Shown here one piece after another: positions 16,445 to 28,649 of a DNA stretch of 33,963 bases. Source of the DNA: Deferribacterales bacterium. GTDB taxonomy: Bacteria > Chrysiogenota > Deferribacteres > Deferribacterales > Geovibrionaceae. The translations under genes and the position numbers were made by a program. How positions within the stretch are numbered: the first letter of the stretch is position 1; each line of letters starts with the position of its first letter. The notes below the pieces were generated by a model, which did not search any database, had not been told where the DNA came from, and saw only the letters and a list, made by a program, of their open reading frames with translations. The DNA lies in NCBI GenBank assembly GCA_050253335.1, contig JBFWJG010000025.1, positions 1 to 33,963 on the forward strand, read 5' to 3'.

Positions 16445-16455
16445 GTATGCTGGAT

Positions 16456-17070
16456 TTATCCTTCCTTTTCTGTCACGGCGTCAGGGAAGGAGGCCATGTG
16501 CGGCTTTACCGCTCTGCCCAGCCAGTTGATGACTTCGGCTATGTGCGTCATGTTCGCCAGCCCTTCCTTATCGTTTGCCGCATCCCCTTTGTGGAGACCG
16601 TAAACCATGTTCCAGTAAGTGGAGCCGGAGATTATCATCCTTGAGATCATGAAAAGGTGGTTTATGGTATCAACCGCGTGGGTTGCGCCGCCGCGTCTCA
16701 CTGCGGAAACTCCCGCGCCGATTTTGCCTTTCAGGGCGTTTCCGTTTGCCATGGCCACGAAGCCCGAACGATCTATGAGCGCTTTGGTTTCCGCTGTTAC
16801 ATCAGCGAAATATGTGGGCGAGCCGATTATTATTGCATCAGCCTTCAGCATTTTTGCGAACACAGGGTTGAATGCGTCATCTATAATGCATGTGCCGTCC
16901 CCCCTTTTGAAACAGGCTCCGCAGGCTGTGCAGCCTTTTATGTCTTTGCCTCCTACAGTTTCAAGCTCGGTTTCCCAGCCTTTTTCCCTGAGAGTTTCAA
17001 GGACAGTGTTGAGGATAAGCGTTGTGTTGCCGTTTTTGCGGGGGCTTCCGCATATTGCAAGTGCATACAT
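16456..17070 (-). CDS. Iron-sulfur flavoprotein (Isf) / NADPH-dependent FMN reductase family
   Basis: GSPRKNGNT FMN loop, compact CTACGACFKRGDGTC (Cx2Cx2Cx7C), GSPTYF, KALIDR and RRGGA. Confidence 0.92.
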   Translation of the reverse strand: MYALAICGSPRKNGNTTLILNTVLETLREKGWETELETVGGKDIKGCTACGACFKRGDGTCIIDDAFNPVFAKMLKADAIIIGSPTYFADVTAETKALIDRSGFVAMANGNALKGKIGAGVSAVRRGGATHAVDTINHLFMISRMIISGSTYWNMVYGLHKGDAANDKEGLANMTHIAEVINWLGRAVKPHMASFPDAVTEKEG

Positions 17071-17147
17071 TGTGAGTTCCCTCCATTTTTTTATAATTTA
17101 AACTTTTCCGTTGATTAAAGAAAATATAGGAGTAATATTCATTTTGC

Positions 17148-17189
17148 AAGTACGGTATTTTTATTCATGTACTTACACAAAATATAGTA
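17148..17189. promoter_or_regulatory. Putative HxlR-family operator between the divergent genes
   Basis: Inverted repeats AAGTAC-N15-GTACTT (17148-17174) and TACT-N12-AGTA (17170-17189), just upstream of the regulator RBS. Confidence 0.5.
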
Positions 17190-17200
17190 TGAGGTTTCTG

Positions 17201-17608
17201 ATGAATACATGCAGGATAAAGGAGCTGGACGGCAGGCTTTACAGATGCTACTTCGAACTCACTGTCGGGGTGCTTTCCGGCAAGTGGAAGGCGATTATTA
17301 TATACAGGCTGGCGCTTGAGCCTGTTATGCGGTTCGGTGAGATACGAAAAAGCATTCCGGAAATAACGGAGAGGATGCTCAGCAAACAGCTCAGGGAGCT
17401 TGAAAATGACGGGCTGATCAGCCGTGAGGTTTATAACCAGATTCCGCCCAAGGTTGAATACCAGCTGACCGAAATAGGCTCGAAGCTTATCCCTGTCCTA
17501 ATGATGATGAAGGACTGGGGCGCTGAATATGAGGAGCATCTGGGCGGTCGCGGGCTCTTCTGCTCCCCTGAGTATGAACAGCCGGAAGAGAAGGCAAACG
17601 CTGAGTAG
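17201..17608 (+). CDS. HxlR/DUF24 winged-helix transcriptional regulator
   Basis: Motifs LSGKWKAIII, RFGEI, ITERMLSKQLRELENDGLI and PPKVEYQLT. Start moved to ATG 17201 (GAGG RBS); N-terminal cysteines. Confidence 0.94.
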   Translation: MNTCRIKELDGRLYRCYFELTVGVLSGKWKAIIIYRLALEPVMRFGEIRKSIPEITERMLSKQLRELENDGLISREVYNQIPPKVEYQLTEIGSKLIPVLMMMKDWGAEYEEHLGGRGLFCSPEYEQPEEKANAE

Positions 17609-17635
17609 AACAAGCGCGCATTCAGAATCCGGCAT

Positions 17636-17668
17636 AAAAAAAGCGGCATCCCGCAGGACGCCGCCTTT
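17636..17668 (-). terminator. Rho-independent terminator of icd (possibly bidirectional)
   Basis: Minus strand GCGGCGTCC-TGCG-GGATGCCGC followed by a T7 tract, between convergent genes. Confidence 0.8.
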
Positions 17669-17695
17669 AAAGTTTATTTCCGCCTGCAGTGGTTA

Positions 17696-20053
<2,358 letters not shown>

Positions 20054-20215
20054 TCAATCAATATTAGCTTCCGCAATGTTATAACATCATTTATTTTTGA
20101 AAATGCCTGTGTTATCAGGCCGGAGGAAAGTCTGCCCGTTAACCCTGCGCTTCCGCGCTGACGGGCTGAGTGCAAAATGAGCCATTGTTCTTTCAAGTCA
20201 CTGTTCTCCGTTATA

Positions 20216-20245
20216 AATAAAAAACGCCGCCTTTTCAGGGCGGCG
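20216..20245 (-). terminator. Rho-independent terminator of the diguanylate cyclase gene
   Basis: CGCCGCC-N7-GGCGGCG stem followed on the minus strand by TTTTTTATT. Confidence 0.75.
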
Positions 20246-20252
20246 CGTGTTT

Positions 20253-23159
20253 TTAAGATTCTTCGTCCTTCCAGACCACAACTCTGTTCCGGCCTTCGTT
20301 CTTCGCTTTATAAAGCGCGTCATCAGCCTTTTTCAGCGCCGTGTCCAGTGTGTCCCCCTGAGAAGGCACATCGGAGTAAATTCCTGCGCTGATTGTGAAA
20401 GATGTGCGGAGATCCCCCATCTCAATCACTTTGCCTTCCATCTCCCTGCGTATGTTCTCTATCCTGTTGAAAAGCGTGTCTTCGCCTGCGTTGGTGATGA
20501 ACACGGCGAACTCCTCGCCTCCGAAGCGGGAACATGCGTCGGTCTGCCGCTGAAAGTGGCGTATAAGGGTATTTGCCATTTCCTGAAGACTTTTATCGCC
20601 GAAGAGATGTCCGAAGGTGTCATTTACTTTCTTGAAGTGGTCAATATCTATTATGGCGACGGAAAAACGTATGCCGCTTCTCTGGCATATGCTGAACGCC
20701 TGCTGACTGCTCACTGAGAAAAACCTTCTGTTGTAAAGCCCTGTGAGGCTGTCTTTGTCGCTGAGTTCCTGAAGGCGGATGTTGGCGGCGTGAAGCTTAC
20801 GGTTGAGTTTTTTCATCTTGTGCGACCAGTAAACAAACAAAAGCCCCAGAACGGCGAAAACCCCCATGATTTTCCAGAACAGCCTGTAGTCAAAGCCCTG
20901 ATCATATCTTATGCTCATCCATTTTCCGGTTATTGCGCTTATTTCCTCTTCGCTGACCGAATCCACAAGCTTCTGGAATATCTTAACAAGGTGAGGCTCG
21001 TCATTTCTGGCGGCGATTCCCAGTTCCCAGTCCTGTTCAAGCCTGCCGGATATTTTGATGTCCACTATTTTATTCTGTTTTATCTGGTAGCCTATGCCCG
21101 CCATAGTGCCAATGGCTCCGTAGACCTCTCCTTTCTGAAGGAGGGCTATGCTTTCGGAATCGCTGTCAAGTTCTACGAGCCTTATCCCGGGGTATTTGCT
21201 GCGCAGGAGCTCGTTAATCGCGTAGCCTTTCACTGTCGCGAAGCTTTTATCAAGCACATCCTCTATTTTATCGATGAACGGATCGTTTATGGAGGTGGCT
21301 ACAACAGTGGGTATAACCACATAAGGCGTTGTGAAGCTGAAATATTTCAGCCTTTCCGGCGTGCGCATGGCGAGGGTGAGTATGTCGCACTCTCTGTTCT
21401 GCGCTTTTTTCATGGACTCCGCCCATGTCTGAGTGGGGATAAGATGAAGCTGAACTCCGGAGTTTCTCTGGATAAGCCTGATGAAATCGGCGGCTATGCC
21501 CTTGTGGACGCCGTTTTCAAGTTTTTCGAAAGGCATCCAGTCCGGATCGACGCACATGCGGATTACTTTCTTGTTTTCAAGATATTCCTTTTCCTCATCT
21601 GTAAAGGAGAGGGCGGGTTTTTTCATTTCATTGAGCTGAGGAACAAGCCACTGGTTTTCAAGGAGTACCTTCTCCTGAGCGCTGATGCTTCTCAGAGCCT
21701 TTGAGATGATGCTGTAAAGCTCCGGCATGGCGGGGCTGACGCCGAAGCGCAGGTCTTCCGCCGTTTTTCCGTCAGGGTTGAACTCCCCGCCTATGGTCAC
21801 GTTCAGCAGGGCGTATTTTTTTATCATTTTACTGCCGGAGTTAAGGGATGTGATCACCGCGTCAATTCTGCCGAAGGAGAGATCCTTGAACATCTCGTCC
21901 CTTGACGTGTATTCCCTCAGCTCTTTCAGCGAGTTTGTGTTTATGACGTTTTTAAAGAAGATGTCCTTGGTTATTCCCACTGTCCTGCCTGCGAGCGAGG
22001 CGTGGTCAGTATATTTGCCGAAGTCGTCCCTGATGAACACATAGCTCGGTATGCGGGCGTATTCGTCCGTGAAGAGGGTGAAGGGCTTTCTCTCCTCTGT
22101 CAGGGAGATGTCGGCTATCATATCGGTTTTGCCGTTTCTGAAATCGGAAAGCAGATCCGACCAGCGCTTGACGCTGTAAGTGAAGTCCAGCCCGGTGCGG
22201 CGGCTTATCATTTTCAGAAGAGAGTCCGTGTAGCCTGTCATTTCGTCATGCTCAGCGAAGCTGAAAGGATAGAAATCCGGCAGCATTCCGACTGAAACGG
22301 CAGGGCGGGATCTGATGAAAGCCTCCTCCTCCGGTGTAAGCTCGATGCTTTCGGATGCGCTGAAAACCTGTCCGTTATATATAGACCAGAGCTTTTCAAG
22401 CTCCTCCTTTGCCGTTTCGGGGATAGCGCCTATGGATTTGTTTATTATCCCCGCCAGAAGCGGGTTATTGTTGAGAACGCCTATCCGCAGGTCTTCCTCT
22501 TTCAGATCTTTAATTTTCAGATCCCCCACGGAAATCAGGTTGGAGAAGGTGTTTTCCCTTGCGATAAACCTTCCTCCGAGTTCACTCACGAAGACAGCGT
22601 CCACCCACCCGAATGCGAGGGACTTGATCATGTCCACGTTGTTGTTGAACTCGATGAGGCTGAGGTTCTGGTTCTTCAGTGTCTGCGCATAGAAGATGTC
22701 TTTGATATATCCGACTTTTCTGCCTTTAAGGATGCTTATGCTGTCCGCTGTTCTGATGCCCGAATCATTGCGCACAAAAACAACCGTTCTTCTGATATGG
22801 TAGGGACTGCTGAATATTATGAACTTCTCCCTTTCGGGCGTGTGGGAGATTTCATTTATGGCGTCCAGCTCGCCGTTGAGAAACGAGTGGTATATGTTTG
22901 TCCAGTTTCCCATTTTATAACGGATTTCAAGGCCGCTGATCTCCTGAATCATGTTCATGAAATCGATTGAGTAGCCTTTTATATTCCCGTTTCTGAAGTA
23001 TGTGTAAGGCTCGTTGCTGTCCACAACGCCAACGGTGATTGTCTTTTTCCGGCTGATATAATCCTGTTCCTCGGGCGTGAAAAGCTGTTCCGCGAATGCG
23101 GGGGCACAGAGAATAAAAAGCAGTAAAACGGCTGCAAGCTTGTGTATCGCGCGGCTCAT
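20253..23159 (-). CDS. Membrane-bound diguanylate cyclase with three periplasmic solute-binding (BvgS/EvgS-like) domains
   Basis: Signal peptide, three repeats starting FTPEEQDYI / LTPEEEAFI / FTDEEKEYL, a TM helix, a coiled coil, then DSLTGLYNRR, DIDHFKKVNDTFGH, RQTD I-site and RFGGEEF. Confidence 0.95.
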   Translation of the reverse strand: MSRAIHKLAAVLLLFILCAPAFAEQLFTPEEQDYISRKKTITVGVVDSNEPYTYFRNGNIKGYSIDFMNMIQEISGLEIRYKMGNWTNIYHSFLNGELDAINEISHTPEREKFIIFSSPYHIRRTVVFVRNDSGIRTADSISILKGRKVGYIKDIFYAQTLKNQNLSLIEFNNNVDMIKSLAFGWVDAVFVSELGGRFIARENTFSNLISVGDLKIKDLKEEDLRIGVLNNNPLLAGIINKSIGAIPETAKEELEKLWSIYNGQVFSASESIELTPEEEAFIRSRPAVSVGMLPDFYPFSFAEHDEMTGYTDSLLKMISRRTGLDFTYSVKRWSDLLSDFRNGKTDMIADISLTEERKPFTLFTDEYARIPSYVFIRDDFGKYTDHASLAGRTVGITKDIFFKNVINTNSLKELREYTSRDEMFKDLSFGRIDAVITSLNSGSKMIKKYALLNVTIGGEFNPDGKTAEDLRFGVSPAMPELYSIISKALRSISAQEKVLLENQWLVPQLNEMKKPALSFTDEEKEYLENKKVIRMCVDPDWMPFEKLENGVHKGIAADFIRLIQRNSGVQLHLIPTQTWAESMKKAQNRECDILTLAMRTPERLKYFSFTTPYVVIPTVVATSINDPFIDKIEDVLDKSFATVKGYAINELLRSKYPGIRLVELDSDSESIALLQKGEVYGAIGTMAGIGYQIKQNKIVDIKISGRLEQDWELGIAARNDEPHLVKIFQKLVDSVSEEEISAITGKWMSIRYDQGFDYRLFWKIMGVFAVLGLLFVYWSHKMKKLNRKLHAANIRLQELSDKDSLTGLYNRRFFSVSSQQAFSICQRSGIRFSVAIIDIDHFKKVNDTFGHLFGDKSLQEMANTLIRHFQRQTDACSRFGGEEFAVFITNAGEDTLFNRIENIRREMEGKVIEMGDLRTSFTISAGIYSDVPSQGDTLDTALKKADDALYKAKNEGRNRVVVWKDEES

Positions 23160-23249
23160 ATATGAGGCTTCTCCGGAATGCTGTCCGCCGGGCGGACTGT
23201 CAGTGTGTATCTGTGTATTGTTTATATGATTTTAATACTTCCGGAGTAT

Positions 23250-23510
23250 TTAATCAAAGTTTTTTCTGAAAAAGTTTTTCTCTTGGGAATAATCTTCAGG
23301 TTCGGTCGGCTTCAAGGAAGAGTTTTCTGACTCATCGTCTGTAAGATTATCAGCCTGCGCCTGCATGAATCTGTCTCTAATTTCCGGTGCATAATGTACG
23401 GCGCTGTATTCTGCGTTTGAAGGTTTCTGAGCCGTTTGTTCGGATTTCTTCTGCGTACCTGAGAACCCTATGGTCAGTGAAAACAGTAAAACTGTAAGGA
23501 TATGGTGCAT
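23250..23510 (-). CDS. Small hypothetical protein with hydrophobic N-terminus
   Basis: GAAGGAGG RBS, signal- or TM-like N-terminus and a polar, probably disordered remainder. Fills an otherwise empty intergenic space. Confidence 0.5.
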   Translation of the reverse strand: MHHILTVLLFSLTIGFSGTQKKSEQTAQKPSNAEYSAVHYAPEIRDRFMQAQADNLTDDESENSSLKPTEPEDYSQEKNFFRKNFD

Positions 23511-23648
23511 CCTTCTTCCTCCTTCTAAAACTGCTGAACGATTATTTCACCGGTCTGTGAGCGTTTTGTCATGGAAAACTCAGAAAAGGAAGAAACATGC
23601 ATACACTCAGTGCTTAACGATTATTTACAATTATTGTCCATAAAAATC

Positions 23649-23677
23649 TTGACAGTTTGACTTCGCAGTCGTAATTT
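23649..23677 (+). promoter_or_regulatory. Sigma70 promoter of the tetR-RND operon
   Basis: TTGACA (23649-23654), a 17-bp spacer, then TAATTT (23672-23677). Confidence 0.65.
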
Positions 23678-23728
23678 GACTGCGTGGTCATATTATGACC
23701 GTGTAGTCATATTATGACCGTGTAGTCA
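23658..23728. repeat. Four TGAC-N6-GTC(A/G) palindromes at 19-bp period (putative TetR operators)
   Basis: TGACTTCGCAGTCG (23658), TGACTGCGTGGTCA (23677), TGACCGTGTAGTCA (23696) and TGACCGTGTAGTCA (23715). Confidence 0.8.
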
Positions 23729-23742
23729 ATAGAGGATAACTG

Positions 23743-24324
23743 ATGAACCTTAGAAAGAGGAAAGAAGTTCTGGACAACCTTTTCAGGGAGAGGATTGTCG
23801 GAACTGTTATAGAGCTGATCAGGGAAAGCGGCGGAATCACCATGGAGGAAGTTGCCAGAAGATCCGGAGTTTCAAAGGGCTCGCTCTATAATTATTTTGA
23901 AAACAAGGAACTGCTCATGGAGTATGTTCATGCGGAAATGATGCAGCCCATAACAAAAGGGATAGACGGAATATTCAGAAGCGGGAAAAGGCCGTCTGAG
24001 ATGCTTCTTGATCTTTTCGAAGGCATGTTTGATGTTAGCGATGAGGTCTGTCTGTATTTCAGGTTTCTGGATTCCCACCGCACGGTGGAGGAGGACACAA
24101 AAGAGACTCACTATCTTCTGCTTGAGCCTCTGTCAAAGATTTTTGAAGCCGGAATAAAAGAGGGGGAGTTTGTGGATGTGGATCCCTACATTCTTGCAAA
24201 CACCTTCGCGGGAATGGTTGTGGGAACTTTCGGTTCCTACGGGTTCAGAGATGCAGATGAAGCGGACTTTCTGAAAGCAAAAGAGGAAATGCTGAAGCTT
24301 ATAAAAAAGCTGATAATCACATAG
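23743..24324 (+). CDS. TetR/AcrR-family transcriptional regulator
   Basis: HTH ITMEEVARRSGVSKGSLYNYFENKELL and C-terminal GIKEGEF. Confidence 0.95.
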   Translation: MNLRKRKEVLDNLFRERIVGTVIELIRESGGITMEEVARRSGVSKGSLYNYFENKELLMEYVHAEMMQPITKGIDGIFRSGKRPSEMLLDLFEGMFDVSDEVCLYFRFLDSHRTVEEDTKETHYLLLEPLSKIFEAGIKEGEFVDVDPYILANTFAGMVVGTFGSYGFRDADEADFLKAKEEMLKLIKKLIIT

Positions 24325-24337
24325 GAAGGGATATTAT

Positions 24338-25486
24338 ATGAGATCAAGGTTATTGTTATCCGCAGGCTTTGCTGCGGCGCTTATTATCGGACTGTTTATA
24401 TGGAAGGGCGGAAGCACGGCTACAGCCGCTCAGCCTCAGGGCGGAGGAGAGAGACCCCCCGCGGAGGTTACCGTCCACACGGTTAAGGCAGAATCTGTGA
24501 CATTCACAAAAGACCTGCCCGGGCGCATCTCCGCTGTGAGAGTGGCTGAAATACGCCCTCAGGTTTCGGGAATAATAATTAAAAGACTTTTCAGGGAAGG
24601 CGGCAGCGTGAACGCCGGTCAGCAGCTTTACCAGATAGACCCCGCACCCTTTCAGGCGGCTTATGACAGCGCGCGGGCAGAGCTTATGAAGGCTGAGGCG
24701 AATCTTCAGTCCGCGGCGCCCAGAGCAGAGAGATACGCAGGGCTTGTTGAGGCGGGCGGAGTCAGCAGACAGGAATATGATGACGCTCTCACCGCGTTGG
24801 CACAGGCTAAAGCCGCAGTGGCGGCGGCGCAGGCAGCCGTCAGTGCCGCTAAAATAAATCTCGACTACACAAAGGTTTTTTCACCTATTTCGGGGCATAT
24901 AGGCAAATCATCCGTGACGGAGGGCGCCCTTGTTACCGCTAATCAGGCTTCCGCTCTGGCAACTGTTCAGCAGCTTGACAGCGTTTATGTCGATGTGAGC
25001 CAGTCCGCGGAGGAAGTTATGAAACTCCGCCGTCTGGTTACCGCTGACGGAACCCTCGGCTCAAGGGCTGAGGCTGAACTGCTCATTGGAGACAGGGTTT
25101 ACGCCCACAAAGGCGTTATGCAGTTTTCAGATGTGACGGTGGACGAGACCACAGGCATGGTGCAGGTGCGCGTTCTTTTCCCCAACCCTGAAAGAGAGCT
25201 TCTCCCGGGGCTTTTTGTCAAGGCGAGGATAGGTCAGTCCAGTGACAGCGCCGCCATTCTCATCCCTCAGCAGGCCGCAGTGAGAAATGCGGACGGAAGC
25301 GTCATTGTCTGGGCCGTTGATGCGGAAAACACAGTGAATCCCCGTCCTGTTCAGGTTTCAGATGCGGTCGGAAACAGATGGAGCGTCACCTCCGGTCTTC
25401 AGTCCGGCGACAGGGTTGTTGTGGAAGGACTTCAGAAAATACGCCCCGGCGCGAAAGTAAACCCCGTTGAACAGAAAGCCGAATAG
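24338..25486 (+). CDS. acrA: RND efflux periplasmic adaptor (AcrA/MexA family)
   Basis: Motifs LPGRISAVRVAEIRPQVSGII, LYQIDP, SPISGHIGKS, VDETTG, FPNP and LLPG. Confidence 0.95.
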   Translation: MRSRLLLSAGFAAALIIGLFIWKGGSTATAAQPQGGGERPPAEVTVHTVKAESVTFTKDLPGRISAVRVAEIRPQVSGIIIKRLFREGGSVNAGQQLYQIDPAPFQAAYDSARAELMKAEANLQSAAPRAERYAGLVEAGGVSRQEYDDALTALAQAKAAVAAAQAAVSAAKINLDYTKVFSPISGHIGKSSVTEGALVTANQASALATVQQLDSVYVDVSQSAEEVMKLRRLVTADGTLGSRAEAELLIGDRVYAHKGVMQFSDVTVDETTGMVQVRVLFPNPERELLPGLFVKARIGQSSDSAAILIPQQAAVRNADGSVIVWAVDAENTVNPRPVQVSDAVGNRWSVTSGLQSGDRVVVEGLQKIRPGAKVNPVEQKAE

Positions 25487-25511
25487 GCACAAAACAACAG
25501 GATGATATAAT

Positions 25512-28500
25512 ATGTCGAATTTCTTTATAGATCGTCCCATCTTTGCATGGGTGATTGCAATCATAATAATGCTTGCGGGCGTGCTTGCCATTAAGACACT
25601 GCCTGTGGAGCAGTACCCGCAGATCGCGCCGCCGACGGTGACGATTAACGCAAGCTACCCCGGCGCATCCGCCGAAACTCTGGAAAACAGCGTTACGCAG
25701 GTTATAGAGCAGAAGCTTGTGGGTATAGACTATCTGCGCTACTTTTCATCCACCAGTGACGCCACGGGTAACGTTCAGATAACGCTGACATTCGAACCTG
25801 AGGCAGATCCGGATACGGCGCAGGTGCAGACACAGAACAAGATTCAGTCCGCTCTGTCCTCGCTTCCGCAGGAGGTTCAGCAGCTCGGAGTCACCGTAAA
25901 CAAGTCAAACAGCAGCTTCCTTATGGTTATAGGGCTTTACTCCGAAGACGGCTCCATGACCCAGAACCAGATCGGCGACTTTATAAGCTCAAAGATGGCA
26001 GACCCGCTGAGCCGAGTTCTCGGCGTGGGTTCGCTTCAGGTTTTCGGCCAGCCCTTCTCCATGCGCATATGGCTTAACCCTGACCAGCTCCACAGCTATA
26101 AGCTCACCACGCAGGAAGTGATAAACGCGGTAAGCGCACAGAACGCTGACGTCTCCGCCGGACAGCTCGGCGGAAACCCCGCTGTGAAGGGGCAGCAGAT
26201 AAACGCTACCATCACGGCGCAGTCAAGGCTCAAAACCGTTGAGGAGTTTGAGAATATATTCCTCAAAGTAAACACGGACGGCTCGCAGGTGCGCCTTAAA
26301 GATGTGGCGAGGGTCGAACTTGGTGTTCAGAGCTATGAAATGGTTACCCGTTATATGGGTAAACCCGCAGCAGCTATGGCTGTGAGCCTCGCAACCGGAG
26401 CGAACGCCCTTCAGACTGCGGATCTTGTGAAAGCGAAAGTTGCCGAGCTTGAGGAGTTCATGCCCGAAGGTCTTCAGGTGGTTTACCCGTACGACACCAC
26501 GCCGTTCGTCAGGATCTCAATCAAAGAGGTTGTGAAAACCCTTCTTGAGGCAGTGGTTCTCGTATTTCTTATCATGTACCTGTTCCTGCAGAACTTCAGG
26601 GCAACGCTGATCCCAACGATCGCCGTTCCAGTTGTTCTTCTGGGAACATTCGGCATACTCTTGGCTTTCGGCTTCACCATAAACGTTCTTACGATGTTCG
26701 CGATGATTCTGGCCATCGGTCTTCTTGTGGATGACGCGATAGTTGTTGTGGAAAACGTTGAAAGGGTTATGAGCGAAGAGGGTCTGCCCCCCAAAGAGGC
26801 CACAAGAAAATCCATGAACCAGATAACCGGCGCCCTTGTGGGCATCGCTCTTGTTCTTTCGGCGGTTTTTGTTCCCATGGCTTTCTTCAAAGGTTCAACA
26901 GGCGCAATCTACCGCCAGTTCTCCATAACCATTGTTTCCGCCATGGTGCTTTCGGTTGTGGTTGCCCTCGTGCTCACCCCCTCGCTCTGCGCATCCATGC
27001 TCAAGCCGGTTGAGAAGGGGCACAAGGAGCATATGACAGGCTTTTTCGGCTGGTTCAACCGCATGTTCAACCGCAGCAGAAGCGCATATAAATCAAGCGT
27101 GGGCTATGTGGCATCCAGAGCCTTCAGGTTCTTCATTGTCTATGGGGTAATTTTGGCAGGTCTAGGCTATATGTTCACAAAAATCCCCACGTCATTCCTC
27201 CCCGATGAAGATCAGGGTATGATGTTCGTGCAGGTTTCCACCCCTCCCGGGGCTACTCAGGAAAGAACTCTTGAGAGCGTGAAGAAGGTTGAGCAGTATT
27301 TCATGGAGCAGGAGAAAGATTCCGTTGCCAGTATTTTCACCGTAACGGGCTTCAGCTTCGCAGGGCGCGGTTCAAACACCGCCATGGGGTTTGTGCGTCT
27401 TAAACACTGGGATGAAAGAACAGAAGACAACCAGAAGGTTTTTGCCGTGGCGCAGAGAGCCATGATGAACCTTTCCGCAATCAAGGACGCCTTTGTGTTC
27501 GCTTTCTATCCGCCCCCAATAATAGCCCTCGGCAACGCCACAGGCTTCGACCTCAAACTTCTTGACAGGGGCGGTCTCGGTCATGAGGCTCTCATGAACG
27601 CGAGAAACCAGCTTCTGGGTATGGCCTCTCAGGACAAAAGGCTTGTGGGCGTGCGTCCCAACGGCTTTGACGATGTGCCGCAGTTCAGAATCCATGTGGA
27701 TCATGAAAAAGCCAGTGCGCTGGGTGTTTCCATAAGCAGTATAAACAGCACCCTTAAAACAGCTTGGGGCTCGTCATATATAAACGACTTCCTCCATGAA
27801 CAGCGTATCAAAAAGGTATATGTTCAGGGTGACTCGGAATACAGGATGCTTCCCGAAGACATATACAAATGGTACGTGAAGAACAGCAGGGGAGAGATGG
27901 TTCCGTTCTCAGCATTTGCGACTGCTGAATGGGAATACGGCTCACCTAAGCTTGAACGCTACAACGGAACCTCATCTCAGGAGATTATGGGTGCGCCCGC
28001 TCCGGGGATAAGCTCAGGCGAGGCTATGCAGATTATGGAAGAGTACGCCGGAAAGCTTCCCAAGGGGATCAGTCTTGAGTGGACGGGAATATCATACGAA
28101 GAGCGTGCCGCAGGCGCCCAGACGGGTCTGCTCTACGGGCTTTCACTGCTCATCGTGTTCCTTTCCCTTGCGGCTCTGTATGAAAGCTGGTCTGTTCCCT
28201 TTGCGGTAATGCTCATTGTTCCGCTCGGTATTGTAGGAACCGTCGCCGCGACTCTGGCCGCGGGGCTTTCCAATGACGTTTACTTTCAGGTGGGTATGCT
28301 TACCACAATCGGTCTGGCATCGAAAAACGCCATTCTGATCGTTGAGTTCGCAAAAGACCTGCATGACAGCGGCTACGGGCTTCTGCGCTCTGCCATGATA
28401 GCCTCCGAACAGAGGCTCAGACCGATACTTATGACATCCATGGCGTTCATACTGGGCGTTACCCCCCTCGCTATTTCAAACGGAGCGGGTTCAGCCAGCC

Positions 28501-28649
28501 AGAACGCCATAGGCATAGGCGTTATCGGCGGTATGACTTCGGCTACTTTCCTCGCCATACTGTTTGTCCCGATGTTCTATATCGTAATAATGAAGCAGTT
28601 CGGAAAGCGCACAGAGGCTGACGCAAAGGAGGCTAAGAATGGTAAGTAG
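25512..28649 (+). CDS. acrB: RND multidrug efflux permease (AcrB/MexB family)
   Basis: [14 protein letters not shown] and the proton-relay motifs [23 protein letters not shown] and RLRPILMTS; 1045 aa. Confidence 0.98.
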   Translation: MSNFFIDRPIFAWVIAIIIMLAGVLAIKTLPVEQYPQIAPPTVTINASYPGASAETLENSVTQVIEQKLVGIDYLRYFSSTSDATGNVQITLTFEPEADPDTAQVQTQNKIQSALSSLPQEVQQLGVTVNKSNSSFLMVIGLYSEDGSMTQNQIGDFISSKMADPLSRVLGVGSLQVFGQPFSMRIWLNPDQLHSYKLTTQEVINAVSAQNADVSAGQLGGNPAVKGQQINATITAQSRLKTVEEFENIFLKVNTDGSQVRLKDVARVELGVQSYEMVTRYMGKPAAAMAVSLATGANALQTADLVKAKVAELEEFMPEGLQVVYPYDTTPFVRISIKEVVKTLLEAVVLVFLIMYLFLQNFRATLIPTIAVPVVLLGTFGILLAFGFTINVLTMFAMILAIGLLVDDAIVVVENVERVMSEEGLPPKEATRKSMNQITGALVGIALVLSAVFVPMAFFKGSTGAIYRQFSITIVSAMVLSVVVALVLTPSLCASMLKPVEKGHKEHMTGFFGWFNRMFNRSRSAYKSSVGYVASRAFRFFIVYGVILAGLGYMFTKIPTSFLPDEDQGMMFVQVSTPPGATQERTLESVKKVEQYFMEQEKDSVASIFTVTGFSFAGRGSNTAMGFVRLKHWDERTEDNQKVFAVAQRAMMNLSAIKDAFVFAFYPPPIIALGNATGFDLKLLDRGGLGHEALMNARNQLLGMASQDKRLVGVRPNGFDDVPQFRIHVDHEKASALGVSISSINSTLKTAWGSSYINDFLHEQRIKKVYVQGDSEYRMLPEDIYKWYVKNSRGEMVPFSAFATAEWEYGSPKLERYNGTSSQEIMGAPAPGISSGEAMQIMEEYAGKLPKGISLEWTGISYEERAAGAQTGLLYGLSLLIVFLSLAALYESWSVPFAVMLIVPLGIVGTVAATLAAGLSNDVYFQVGMLTTIGLASKNAILIVEFAKDLHDSGYGLLRSAMIASEQRLRPILMTSMAFILGVTPLAISNGAGSASQNAIGIGVIGGMTSATFLAILFVPMFYIVIMKQFGKRTEADAKEAKNGK

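Noticed and set aside
20122..20136. GGAGGAAAGTC resembling the RNase P RNA 5' conserved region
   Set aside because: Only about 130 nt remain before the next gene, and the conserved 3' ACAGAA...GGCTTA element is absent.
20110..20166. Possible c-di-GMP-I riboswitch or SRP RNA (CCTCCGGCCT on the minus strand; TCAGG...GGA on the plus strand)
   Set aside because: The GCAAAC/GACGCAAAG core of c-di-GMP-I and the CAGG-GNRA stem-AGCAG loop of SRP are not present.
20790..21704. 304-aa plus-strand ORF
   Set aside because: It is antisense to the diguanylate cyclase and has no motifs or RBS support.
23658..23728. Mini-CRISPR interpretation of the repeats
   Set aside because: The 19-bp period is far too short, there are no unique spacers and no cas genes; it fits TetR operators.
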